DNA of 64,000 nucleotides from an uncultured Candidatus Saccharibacteria bacterium (GTDB lineage: Bacteria; Patescibacteriota; Minisyncoccia; Phycocordibacterales; Zambryskibacteraceae): positions 92,522 through 156,521 of the forward strand of contig CAYHDI010000002.1 in NCBI GenBank assembly GCA_964355645.1, in the 5' to 3' direction. Positions 55,620-64,000 of the stretch are shown here, piece after piece. The first letter of the stretch is position 1. Every line of letters begins with the position of its first letter. Made by a program: the position numbers and the translations under genes. The notes below the pieces were generated by a model. It did no database searches. It was given only the letters and a program-made list of their open reading frames with translations, and was not told the origin of the DNA.

Positions 55620-58229
55620 TTATCCACTCAAAATTTCAATTTGTCTGTTTCTAAAGAACCACTTTGCGATCTCGATCAATCCAATGTTCAAGAGACCAAT
55701 CAACACAACGCCAATCACCCAAGTGAGAGGCAGTGCCACTGTGTTGAAAACCGTTTGCAGTCCGGGTATATAAATGGCGACGGCCATAAGCACAAGACCG
55801 ATGAAAATACTGCCATTAAGATATTTGTTTGAAAACAGCGAATACGAAAAGATGCTTCTGTCCAGACTTCGTACTGAAAGAGCAACGAGCAACGTATATG
55901 TTCCGAAAGCCGCAAAAATAAATGTTCGAACGATGGTCTCATCGAAGTCAAGTCTCATCAGGACGTAGTAAATAACAAAGAGTAGAGCACTAGTCGAGAT
56001 GCCAATGACAAGGATAAGGAATTTCATAACCGGATCAAATAGTTTTATCTTGCCTCTCTTCTGGGGCTTGTGTTTGAGACCATCTGGCTCTTGCTCAAAC
56101 GCATAAGATACGGCTGGAAAACTATCGGTAAAGAAGTTCACCCAAAGGATCTGCAGTGCATTAAGTGGCAACGGCAATCCAGTCAAAAGCGATCCGCCGA
56201 TAAGGATGAGCCCATCGGTAACATTAGAAAGGAGATAAACGAGCACCTTGCGGATGTTGCCGAGAATCTGCCGACCCTCTTCAATGGCCGCAACAATGGT
56301 CTCAAAGTTGTCATCAAGAAGCACTAGATCAGCAACACTTTGTGCCACTTCCGTGCCTGAACCCATTGCGATACCTACATCGGCTTGCTTGATGCTCGGT
56401 GCGTCATTCACTCCATCGCCGGTCATAGCCACCACCTCGCCCATCTCCTGATAGAGCTTGGCAATACGGAGTTTGTCGAATGGTGTGACACGGGAAATGA
56501 CAACAAGGTGTGGCAGACGAGCCTTCAACTCTTCTTCTGAAAGTTTAGAGAGCAGAGACGCATCAAGCATCGACTCATCATCGACTTTCATACCAATCTC
56601 TTTAGCCACGGCCATGGCCGTTCCCCGATGATCGCCGGTAAGGATAACCGTCTTCACACCGGCATCTTGTACACGGCCTATGGCATGCTTGATGCCGGGG
56701 CGAATCGGATCACGGAATGTAATGAGACCGTTGAATGATAAGTGCGATGCCGACAAGTCTTTTGAAATAGAAAAGTTTTCTGTGTGAGCCATTTCTTTAG
56801 TCGCAACTCCAAGCACGCGCTCTCCGGAGAACGCGAGAGAGTCGATCTGCTCGAGTATCGCATTCTTTTCTTTTGCACTAAGTGACGAGTGGTTAACCAG
56901 AACATCGGGTGCTCCAAAAAATACGATAAGATGTTTACCTGATTCTTTAATCAAAGATGCTGAGAACTTTTGCACCGCATTAAAAGGCATACTTTGGAAA
57001 ACATGCTCTTTGCTAGTGATGTCGGCAAATGTCATACCTCTCTGACCAGCTGAACGAACAAGAGCTGTCTCCATGATTCTGCCGTTCATGCGCCATGAGT
57101 CGGGGTCATCATGAGGATTTTCAATAAGCACGTTTGCATTGGTCAAAGCTCGAGCAATCAGTTTCTGCTCATCAATCTCAAAAGGAATTATCTTTGACAT
57201 AACCATTTTTGCCATTGTCAAAGTTCCGGTCTTATCAGTGAGAATGACCGTGGTACTACCGAGAGCTTCGGCCGCAACGAGCTTGCGTACTACACCTTTT
57301 CGCTTTGCCATCCTCTCCACACCGACCGCAAGTATAACGGTCATAGATATTGGCAATCCCTCCGGAATGGCTGACACGGCGATAGCAACGGAAGTGAGAA
57401 ACATCTCAAAGGCGGAATGTCCAACGAGGATACCTATACCAAATACCACAAGCGTCAGCACACCGAGAGCGATGCCTGAGTAGATACTGAAATTAATAAT
57501 GGCTCTCTGAAGTGGAGTCTTCTCATTCTCCGATGTTGCAATGAGCGAGGCAATCTTGCCGAGCTCAGTGCTTGAGTCGGTACGGCAAACAATAGCGGCA
57601 CATACTCCCTGAGTTACGAGCGTACCGGCAAAGATCATACAATCCTGATCCGAAAGTCCTGCTGATTCCGGCGACGGGTCTGTGGACTTTGATACCGGCA
57701 AAGATTCACCAGTGAGTATTGCCTCATCCACCTGAAAGTCATTAATGAACATGACCCGAGCATCAGCTGATACTCGATCGCCCTGTGCCAGTCGGATAAT
57801 ATCGCCGGGCACGAGATCTTCCGCATCAATCTCTCGTTCTTGTCCGTCCCGAATAACTCGTGCTCGCTGTTTAAGATACGTTTTGATTTCCGAAAGTGCA
57901 CGCACGGCCTTATTCTCCTGATAGAAGCCTAAAGCAGAGTTGACGACAACGGCGAAGAAAATAAAGAGCGCATCACGGTAGTGCGAAATGGCAAGCGTAA
58001 TGATGCCAGCAACTATAAGAACGAGAATCAAAGGACTCTGTAACTGATTGAGGAATATTTTTAGTCCGGTCGCTTTTTTAGAAGTGCTAATCGTGTTCTT
58101 CCCAAAAGCAGAAAGCCGATCCTTGACTTCTTGTGCGGATAATCCTTTTTCTACATCCGTTTCAAATAACTGTGCTGTGTCTTCAAATGATAGATGCCAA
58201 AAGTTTTTGTTTTGTATATTAGAGTCCAT
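55620..58229 (-). CDS. P-type cation-transporting ATPase (type II, Ca2+/Mg2+-like)
   Basis: DKTGTLT phosphorylation motif, TGDGVNDAP hinge, and a cation_ATPase_N-like N-terminus. Confidence 0.9.
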   Translation of the reverse strand: MDSNIQNKNFWHLSFEDTAQLFETDVEKGLSAQEVKDRLSAFGKNTISTSKKATGLKIFLNQLQSPLILVLIVAGIITLAISHYRDALFIFFAVVVNSALGFYQENKAVRALSEIKTYLKQRARVIRDGQEREIDAEDLVPGDIIRLAQGDRVSADARVMFINDFQVDEAILTGESLPVSKSTDPSPESAGLSDQDCMIFAGTLVTQGVCAAIVCRTDSSTELGKIASLIATSENEKTPLQRAIINFSIYSGIALGVLTLVVFGIGILVGHSAFEMFLTSVAIAVSAIPEGLPISMTVILAVGVERMAKRKGVVRKLVAAEALGSTTVILTDKTGTLTMAKMVMSKIIPFEIDEQKLIARALTNANVLIENPHDDPDSWRMNGRIMETALVRSAGQRGMTFADITSKEHVFQSMPFNAVQKFSASLIKESGKHLIVFFGAPDVLVNHSSLSAKEKNAILEQIDSLAFSGERVLGVATKEMAHTENFSISKDLSASHLSFNGLITFRDPIRPGIKHAIGRVQDAGVKTVILTGDHRGTAMAVAKEIGMKVDDESMLDASLLSKLSEEELKARLPHLVVISRVTPFDKLRIAKLYQEMGEVVAMTGDGVNDAPSIKQADVGIAMGSGTEVAQSVADLVLLDDNFETIVAAIEEGRQILGNIRKVLVYLLSNVTDGLILIGGSLLTGLPLPLNALQILWVNFFTDSFPAVSYAFEQEPDGLKHKPQKRGKIKLFDPVMKFLILVIGISTSALLFVIYYVLMRLDFDETIVRTFIFAAFGTYTLLVALSVRSLDRSIFSYSLFSNKYLNGSIFIGLVLMAVAIYIPGLQTVFNTVALPLTWVIGVVLIGLLNIGLIEIAKWFFRNRQIEILSG

Positions 58230-58233
58230 AAAA

Positions 58234-58437
58234 TTAATTGAGCATCCAAGCCGGTGGATTGAGCGCCGGCTTGACCAGCATCGGGTACCAATCTTTCACC
58301 GAACCGATCGTAAAATAGCTTCCCAATCCTCCTGCCAACTGCGGAATAATAAGCGAGATGATAAGTTTGAATACCTGTCCTGAGCGTAGTCGAAGGGTGT
58401 TGACTCGTACTGAGCTTGTCGAAGTGTTGATTTTCAT
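58234..58437 (-). pseudogene. N-terminal fragment of a TspO/MBR family protein (truncated), in a GC-rich patch
   Basis: LAGGLGSYFTIGSVKDWYPMLVKPALNPPAWM matches the TspO N-terminal motif (GSLFT...WY..L.KP.f.PP.W). It ends after about 65 aa at the ATPase start. Confidence 0.45.
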
Positions 58438-58440
58438 AAG

Positions 58441-59289
58441 TTATTTTGCAAAAGCGTCAGAAAAAATCATGACCTCTCTGCCTTTTCGTGATTCGTAAGC
58501 GTTATAATTCAAAGTAAAATTAACAATTCTACGGTCCAGATACAACGTTTTAATTTCCTTTTTATTATCATATGTAAGTAGCCAAAATGCATCGGGATTT
58601 TGGTTAAGTTTTTTTGCCAGAGCTTCGTGATCTTCTCTTTTATAATGGTTCAGATATAGCATCGAACCTTTTTCAAAATAAGGTGGGTCAAGATATATAA
58701 ATGTGTTTTTTTTATTCAAATATTCACCGATCAACTGAAGCCCGTCCTTCTTAAAAACCGATATCTTATCTTTATTGAGAACTATCTTCCGGATTCGTTC
58801 TATTAGGGTATCTTTGGTAAACCGGGCATCGATTTTATATTTACCATTTTGTTTTAGTCCACCGATAGGTCCACCGTCCAAGATGCCAGACGTATTAGTT
58901 CTATTAAGGAAAAAGGTTGCAAAACCGAGGTCAAACTGACTAGCTTTCTGATCGCTGTAAATCGCTTTTTGTCTTTTCCATTCACTAATTGTTACGGGGG
59001 TGGATTTTATTTTTTTTATGAACTTTGCAGAATGAAATATGGCTGATTTCCAGAAAGCATATATGGCTCTGTCCAGATCATTGATTACGATGCGATTAAC
59101 TTTCCCCGACAGCAATAAGGCCAGTGCCGCACCGGCACCACCAGCGAATGGTTCAACATAAGTAATATTTTCGAGCTCGTTGTCTTTCATTACACTATCG
59201 AAAAAAGGGAATAAAAAAGTTTTTCCTCCGGGATATCTTAAAGGACTACAGTGGAGTTTTTGATTTCTTTTTTGGGGTATTTTTTTCAT
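58441..59289 (-). CDS. D12-class (Dam-like) N6-adenine DNA methyltransferase
   Basis: RYPGGK, EPFAGGAGA (motif I) and DPPYFEKG (motif IV). Confidence 0.8.
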   Translation of the reverse strand: MKKIPQKRNQKLHCSPLRYPGGKTFLFPFFDSVMKDNELENITYVEPFAGGAGAALALLLSGKVNRIVINDLDRAIYAFWKSAIFHSAKFIKKIKSTPVTISEWKRQKAIYSDQKASQFDLGFATFFLNRTNTSGILDGGPIGGLKQNGKYKIDARFTKDTLIERIRKIVLNKDKISVFKKDGLQLIGEYLNKKNTFIYLDPPYFEKGSMLYLNHYKREDHEALAKKLNQNPDAFWLLTYDNKKEIKTLYLDRRIVNFTLNYNAYESRKGREVMIFSDAFAK

Positions 59290-59295
59290 ATGAAA

Positions 59296-59868
59296 TTATG
59301 ATTTTTTGCCAAAGTAAAAATCTAAAATATCAGCGACAATAAAGGAATCCTTCAATATGTCAGCTCGCTTGCAGATGATGTTGCCGTGGGCATATTTATC
59401 CAAAATGACCCCGAGGTTTCGCTGGTCTGAAAGCCACTCATTGGTAAGTGAAACATCGTTTTTTTGATGCTGTTTGAGCTCTTTCTTTGCTTCTTTAAGA
59501 AACAGCTCGCAAACTTGATCCTTCTTAGCCTTCTTTCCATCATTTTGATTTTCGTAATGCACACGAGCGGCAACTTCTACTAAAAGACGTAGTGCCATAC
59601 CTAGGAATGGCAATATTGCGTCATTGCCCTGATTCCTTTTATCAATATCTACAAGAGCCCGATACAAGTCATTTACCTTGCCTGAATTTAAGGCGATAGT
59701 TCTTCCAAAAAGATCGTTTGCAGATTTGGTAACCGGTGTTTTTCGTATTCGAAAATTATAATTTGTCTCTATACTGGCTTTTCCAAAAAGATCACTCTGT
59801 TTATTGCTTTCAGCCTCTTTTATTTCTTGTTTTACTCGATCATAGTCCTTATCCGAAATATTTTTCAA
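59296..59868 (-). CDS. Hypothetical protein (190 aa) inside the R-M island
   Basis: ORF tightly packed between the methyltransferase and the ParB-like gene. Confidence 0.4.
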   Translation of the reverse strand: MKNISDKDYDRVKQEIKEAESNKQSDLFGKASIETNYNFRIRKTPVTKSANDLFGRTIALNSGKVNDLYRALVDIDKRNQGNDAILPFLGMALRLLVEVAARVHYENQNDGKKAKKDQVCELFLKEAKKELKQHQKNDVSLTNEWLSDQRNLGVILDKYAHGNIICKRADILKDSFIVADILDFYFGKKS

Positions 59869-59874
59869 ATAGTC

Positions 59875-60663
59875 CTATATCTCCTTGTTATTTAAACGAG
59901 AAAACAATTTACCATTGTGTTGGCCACTTTTGAGCACGTCCCAGACAATGACTTTTAGCTTTTTATCAAAATCGCCATCCTTTATTTTCAGTTTTTTATC
60001 GTCATCAAAAGAGAAACCAAAGAATTGCTGAGCTGGTGTTTGGCCAGTCAATCTCCAGAAAGTTGTCACATAACCCGGGCCAAGTACGGCCTCCTTTAGC
60101 TCGTTCGCTAATTCAAGATTATTAACGAATTTTGTAATACCGACTCTTATCAATTCTTTTTCGCCAGCCTTACCACGTCGTTCTTTGTGGTGAGCGATCT
60201 CGTTAGAACCCCAAGATACTTCGTTGTTTTGGTTAAGATGCTTTCTTTCGATGAATCGGTAGCCCTGTTCCAAGTCTTCGGTTACTAGGCATTCCACTTC
60301 GAAATCCTCGGAAATTCCAATCTTTGATTTAATTTTTGCGAACTTAGTTTCCTGTGCACCTGCTAATTTGGGGTTAGCTAACAATTTGTATGCGGCGATA
60401 CGCCTATTACCCTCAAGAACCACATTGCGATCATTGGAATGCCAAACTACAATTTTTTCCAACTGAGGAAGATCGACATCCTTTTCCATCTCACTAGCTA
60501 ATTTCAGAACTTGAAATTTACCCGTTAGGAAATATTTCAACAGGTCATCTTCTAGCAGACCGAAATACTGATCGGAAAAACGAGCATTTTCATCCCAGAG
60601 CGAAAAGTCCTTAATAGGGATATCTTTCTTTTTCCATTTTGAATTTTCGATAATCATATTCAT
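59875..60663 (-). CDS. ParB/Srx-like N-terminal domain protein (arginine-patch GNRRIAA)
   Basis: VVLEGNRRIAAYKLL matches the ParB GERRxRAA box. Confidence 0.55.
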   Translation of the reverse strand: MNMIIENSKWKKKDIPIKDFSLWDENARFSDQYFGLLEDDLLKYFLTGKFQVLKLASEMEKDVDLPQLEKIVVWHSNDRNVVLEGNRRIAAYKLLANPKLAGAQETKFAKIKSKIGISEDFEVECLVTEDLEQGYRFIERKHLNQNNEVSWGSNEIAHHKERRGKAGEKELIRVGITKFVNNLELANELKEAVLGPGYVTTFWRLTGQTPAQQFFGFSFDDDKKLKIKDGDFDKKLKVIVWDVLKSGQHNGKLFSRLNNKEI

Positions 60664-60680
60664 TTTTAAGCTAAATTTTT

Positions 60681-62216
60681 TTACGTTACACCATAAAGAA
60701 CATGATTGTTCTCGATATGACTAAGAAATTCCTCAATCGTCTTTGGCAAAATTGAAAGATTCTCTTTCTCCTTAACGTAATTAATCTGCATGACCGAATC
60801 TTTGAATATGCTTGGGGCTACGAAGTAGCACACGGAATCCTTTGTGCCTTTTTGAAATTCTCCTAAATGTCTTGAGATCGGCCAGACTTCCATCATGGTT
60901 TGCATACGTCCTTCAGACATAGTTACTTCAACCAATATACCCTTAACATCTTCGAAGCATTCGATATCACCTTTGTCTCCAACACCTCCAGCTGTTGAGG
61001 TCGGAAGTCCTTCGTCATCATAAGGATAATTGGGGATCACCTTAACATTTGGAAATTTTGATTTGATAGCCAAAGACACAAGAAACTCAAGTCTGACGGG
61101 ATTTGATAAGTATTTCAAAATATCGTCTTTCGTGAGTCTTTTCTTAGCCAGATTTAGCATTTCGTCCTTAATTTTGTTCCAAGGATAAATACCAATCCAC
61201 TTGGCCAAAAATGCATCTCTTTCGCCAACACTTACCGGTTTAGCAACAAACGAGATTAGATTTTCGTCCACTGCCGACATGTAATCAAAGTAAGATTCTT
61301 CTGCAGTGTATTTTTTGTAATCAGAATAATTTGCCAAAGCATAATCAACCTTCTTCTGCTCATTTCTGTTTATATCAACAAAGCGGCCAGCACCCCTTAA
61401 TGAGATCAACCCCGTGAGTCTCATTTTTCTAATGAATTCATCAGGGTAATCAACCATTATCGACTTCGGATTGAACTTCTTGAAATCACCCTTCATGATT
61501 TGGTTAACGCAAATATCAACGATAACTTCCCAGCTCGGGGTATAGCCATGTTCTTTTCTAATTTTCTTTATAAGCTTATATAAAGCATCTGCGTTATTGT
61601 CTTTCCAAAAGATAATCAATGGCAATTCCAGTTTAGAAATTCCGGTCCCGTTTAAATCTTTATCAGCATTTATTTTATTGATCACGCTCAGTAATAAAAT
61701 CAGTGGCGCATTTTCATTGAGTACTCGTCTGAATGGACTATTGCTTTGATATTTCACGAAAGCGTTCAGAAAGGCCTGTTGTTCAAATTCTGGGTGTTCG
61801 TTATCAACTAATTTTAATCCGATATCAGAAAATCTCACCTTTTCACCATTTTTGTAATAGACGAAGCCGAGTTCCTTGGCGATCTTAAACCAAGTATCAA
61901 ATCGGGAAGCCCAGCCCTTACTAAAACCGGCCTCTTTGTGATTCTGCGGATTGTCCTCAAGAACCTTTTTAACTTCAAAATCGGACAATGGTTCTTTTGT
62001 TTCAATCTTTTTCTTTATAACAGCACTTATCTTGGTCGGTTTATACAAGCCAACTCGAATGACTTCCCCGGAAATTTCTTCAGCCAACTGATCATCGAGA
62101 ACTTTCCCGTCATAATCCTTAAGGACTCCTAAAAACCACTTGAGTCTCTCCGGATTTCTAAGTGTGGTAGTAAACAATAGTGGTTTGTATTCTGATTCTC
62201 TTGTTTTTGTTTTCAT
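60681..62216 (-). CDS. Putative restriction endonuclease (511 aa), family undetermined, possibly type IIS-like
   Basis: No NTPase motifs. C-terminal acidic cluster GDKGDIECFEDVKG is compatible with a PD-(D/E)xK core. Flanked by Dam-like methyltransferases. Confidence 0.35.
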   Translation of the reverse strand: MKTKTRESEYKPLLFTTTLRNPERLKWFLGVLKDYDGKVLDDQLAEEISGEVIRVGLYKPTKISAVIKKKIETKEPLSDFEVKKVLEDNPQNHKEAGFSKGWASRFDTWFKIAKELGFVYYKNGEKVRFSDIGLKLVDNEHPEFEQQAFLNAFVKYQSNSPFRRVLNENAPLILLLSVINKINADKDLNGTGISKLELPLIIFWKDNNADALYKLIKKIRKEHGYTPSWEVIVDICVNQIMKGDFKKFNPKSIMVDYPDEFIRKMRLTGLISLRGAGRFVDINRNEQKKVDYALANYSDYKKYTAEESYFDYMSAVDENLISFVAKPVSVGERDAFLAKWIGIYPWNKIKDEMLNLAKKRLTKDDILKYLSNPVRLEFLVSLAIKSKFPNVKVIPNYPYDDEGLPTSTAGGVGDKGDIECFEDVKGILVEVTMSEGRMQTMMEVWPISRHLGEFQKGTKDSVCYFVAPSIFKDSVMQINYVKEKENLSILPKTIEEFLSHIENNHVLYGVT

Positions 62217-62220
62217 ATAT

Positions 62221-63126
62221 TTAGTAATTGGTAATTAACGCTTCCTTAATCTGTTTCTTACCATTATTGTGATAACTGATGTAATTGCTCTCTATCTTGT
62301 GGGTCTTATATTTTTTCATCCAGTCAATCAACAAATCATTTTTACTACCGTTATAGTGCGTCACATTCGATAGAGCAAACTTAACACCTTTTTTATCCAG
62401 ATCATCGATTGTTTTTAATAAGTCAGCTTCAGCTTTTTGATCCCACCGTTTGTTGTATTCGCTGGCTGTTATGAGGTATGGCGGGTCTAGATAAACAAAG
62501 TCGTTTTTCCCATATTTTCGGCCAACAAAATAACTTCTAAAATCTTTCGAGCTTAAAGTTATTTTCTTATTTCGAGTAAAGTCAAAGTAGCCATTCAGAG
62601 CATTAACAACATTTTTATTAAAATCAACATTGCCAACTGGTAGATTGAATTTACCGCCTCCATTGAATCTCAACATTCTATTGAATCCGTAGATAAGCAA
62701 GATATACAGAATTAGAGGATCGTTTTTTATATTCTTATTTACGCAAACTCTTAATTTCTCATAACCCTCTTTGTTAAATCTGGCAAAATAGGTTTTCTTC
62801 CATTCCTTTTTTAAAGAGACTGGGATTACGTCTTCCTTGTATGATCGTGATAGACGATACTTTTTTATTATCTTTTCTACATTCTTAAAAAATAAATCTG
62901 GGTTATTGGAACTACCAACTAAAAATCGATGTATATTAATAAGATTTTTGTCATTATCATTCAGGAAATATTTGTCAGCCTGAATATTCAAAAAGACCGT
63001 TCCACCGCCGACAAACGGTTCATAGAAGTTGCTTACTTCCTTTGGAAATAAACCAACCAACTGCTTCATTAACTTGTATTTATCCCCGACGTAAAACAGG
63101 GGGGATCTTTTGATTTTATTTTGCAT
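62221..63126 (-). CDS. D12-class N6-adenine DNA methyltransferase
   Basis: FYVGDKYKL, EPFVGGGTVF and DPPY. Confidence 0.8.
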   Translation of the reverse strand: MQNKIKRSPLFYVGDKYKLMKQLVGLFPKEVSNFYEPFVGGGTVFLNIQADKYFLNDNDKNLINIHRFLVGSSNNPDLFFKNVEKIIKKYRLSRSYKEDVIPVSLKKEWKKTYFARFNKEGYEKLRVCVNKNIKNDPLILYILLIYGFNRMLRFNGGGKFNLPVGNVDFNKNVVNALNGYFDFTRNKKITLSSKDFRSYFVGRKYGKNDFVYLDPPYLITASEYNKRWDQKAEADLLKTIDDLDKKGVKFALSNVTHYNGSKNDLLIDWMKKYKTHKIESNYISYHNNGKKQIKEALITNY

Positions 63127-64000
63127 AATCGGTGGTGGTCACAAACAAGTATTCCTTATGATTCTTGAAATCGGTATTACCGGCATTAAAATGCCTGTAA
63201 TCTTTTTCAAAAATCTTTGTTTTACCCTTTGATGTTAAAATATCTTTTATTTCCTGTAGTGTGATCTTATTTTTTGAAGAATTGCTTTTTGAATCGTAAG
63301 TATTGTTGTATGACAGCACTAGATATTTGGCATCTAAATCCCGGACCAACTCGGCAAGCCTATCTCTTGCCCGTACCTTACAGTAATCGCTCATATTTTC
63401 TTCTTCAGGTTTTAGTGCTGTTCCGTAGAGTTTTGGTTTATCCCACTTCGTAAGAGTCTCAAGTACATGATAAAAACGGCTGTATTGTCTTGAATTATAT
63501 GGAGGATCAATATAGACAACATCCGCTTTGATCTTTTTTGCCAAAAGATTTGTGTCTTCTCTAAAGATAGCCACTTTCTTTACTTCGATTGGATCAATTG
63601 GCCTCATAAAAAACCCGTCTTCAACATGATCCTTTTTGAAATAGGCATCATAGTGACCAACCGTATTTGCAACCTTATCAATTGAATACAACAAAGAAGC
63701 AACAAGAATATAATATTCCTTATCAGTTAAATTGCCTTTATTTTCCTCTATATTTTCTCTGATGAATCCAATTATCTTTGAGGAATTATGACTGAAATAC
63801 TTTCCACCAAAGTTTTCAGAGAAATAATTCTTTTCTAAGTCTTCGCCGTTGATGTTGTTGTAATTTTTGATTATATCGTCAAGCTTTTGTTTGTCCCACT
63901 TACCGTTACCGAAAAAAGCTTGATAGATTGCGTAATTGGAATGTAAAAAATCATTCAATATGATTTCATCAAAATGCCTAGCCGCGACAGCCGAAACCAC
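63116..64000 (-). CDS. D12-class N6-adenine DNA methyltransferase. The N-terminus lies beyond the window end
   Basis: VVYIDPPYNSRQY. The ORF is open at 64000. Confidence 0.7.
   Translation of the reverse strand: MVSAVAARHFDEIILNDFLHSNYAIYQAFFGNGKWDKQKLDDIIKNYNNINGEDLEKNYFSENFGGKYFSHNSSKIIGFIRENIEENKGNLTDKEYYILVASLLYSIDKVANTVGHYDAYFKKDHVEDGFFMRPIDPIEVKKVAIFREDTNLLAKKIKADVVYIDPPYNSRQYSRFYHVLETLTKWDKPKLYGTALKPEEENMSDYCKVRARDRLAELVRDLDAKYLVLSYNNTYDSKSNSSKNKITLQEIKDILTSKGKTKIFEKDYRHFNAGNTDFKNHKEYLFVTTTDYAK

Noticed and set aside
1-64000. CRISPR arrays, rRNA genes, integrase or transposase genes.
   Set aside because: No regularly spaced direct repeats, no rRNA-like segments, and no recombinase or transposase motifs were seen. 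The accessory patches lack an identifiable mobility gene within this window.

Overview
This is an AT-rich (roughly 38% GC by eye) bacterial chromosome segment, densely packed with genes. Shortened aminoacyl-tRNA synthetases (AlaRS 599 aa, GluRS 391 aa, LeuRS 784 aa), a 272-aa YchF and the general gene content suggest a reduced genome, possibly Patescibacteria/CPR-like. That placement is inference. The backbone is housekeeping. It holds an S10/alpha-operon tail (infA-rpmJ-rpsM-rpsK-rpsD-rpoA-rplQ plus rplM-rpsI), the grpE-dnaK-dnaJ/cbpA operon, and a mraY-ftsW-murG cell-wall cluster with M23 and S11 peptidases and scpAB. It also carries dnaB, recR, rmuC, L21/L27/L9 genes, cysS, gltX, aspS, trpS, alaS, leuS, mnmA, mltG, ychF, a P-type ATPase and three tRNAs, Glu(CUC), Ala(CGC) and Val(CAC), all found by eye. 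Several accessory patches interrupt this backbone. The first is a two-gene cassette encoding a MerR-HTH fused to an RsbW-like GHKL ATPase, plus a DUF4325/STAS-like protein, wedged at the 3' end of dnaJ. A translationally coupled 27-codon sORF beside it re-encodes the DnaJ C-terminal tail, and a C39-like peptidase and a 4-TM protein follow. The second is a terminal restriction-modification island (58.4 to beyond 64 kb) with three D12-class adenine methyltransferases, a 511-aa putative restriction endonuclease, and an embedded ParB-like (GxRR) protein plus a 190-aa unknown. The third is a set of small GC-rich islets: a ClpP-like protease next to tRNA-Glu, orphan ORFs at 4.2 and 23.2 kb, and a TspO fragment. 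There is also a 70-bp MITE-like palindrome inserted in-frame in cysS, a DUF2283 gene beside a decayed DUF4258 partner, and two ORF-free structured regions with strong terminators that are candidate sRNAs. No CRISPR array or rRNA was seen. All calls come from reading the sequence and ORF translations. No searches were run.
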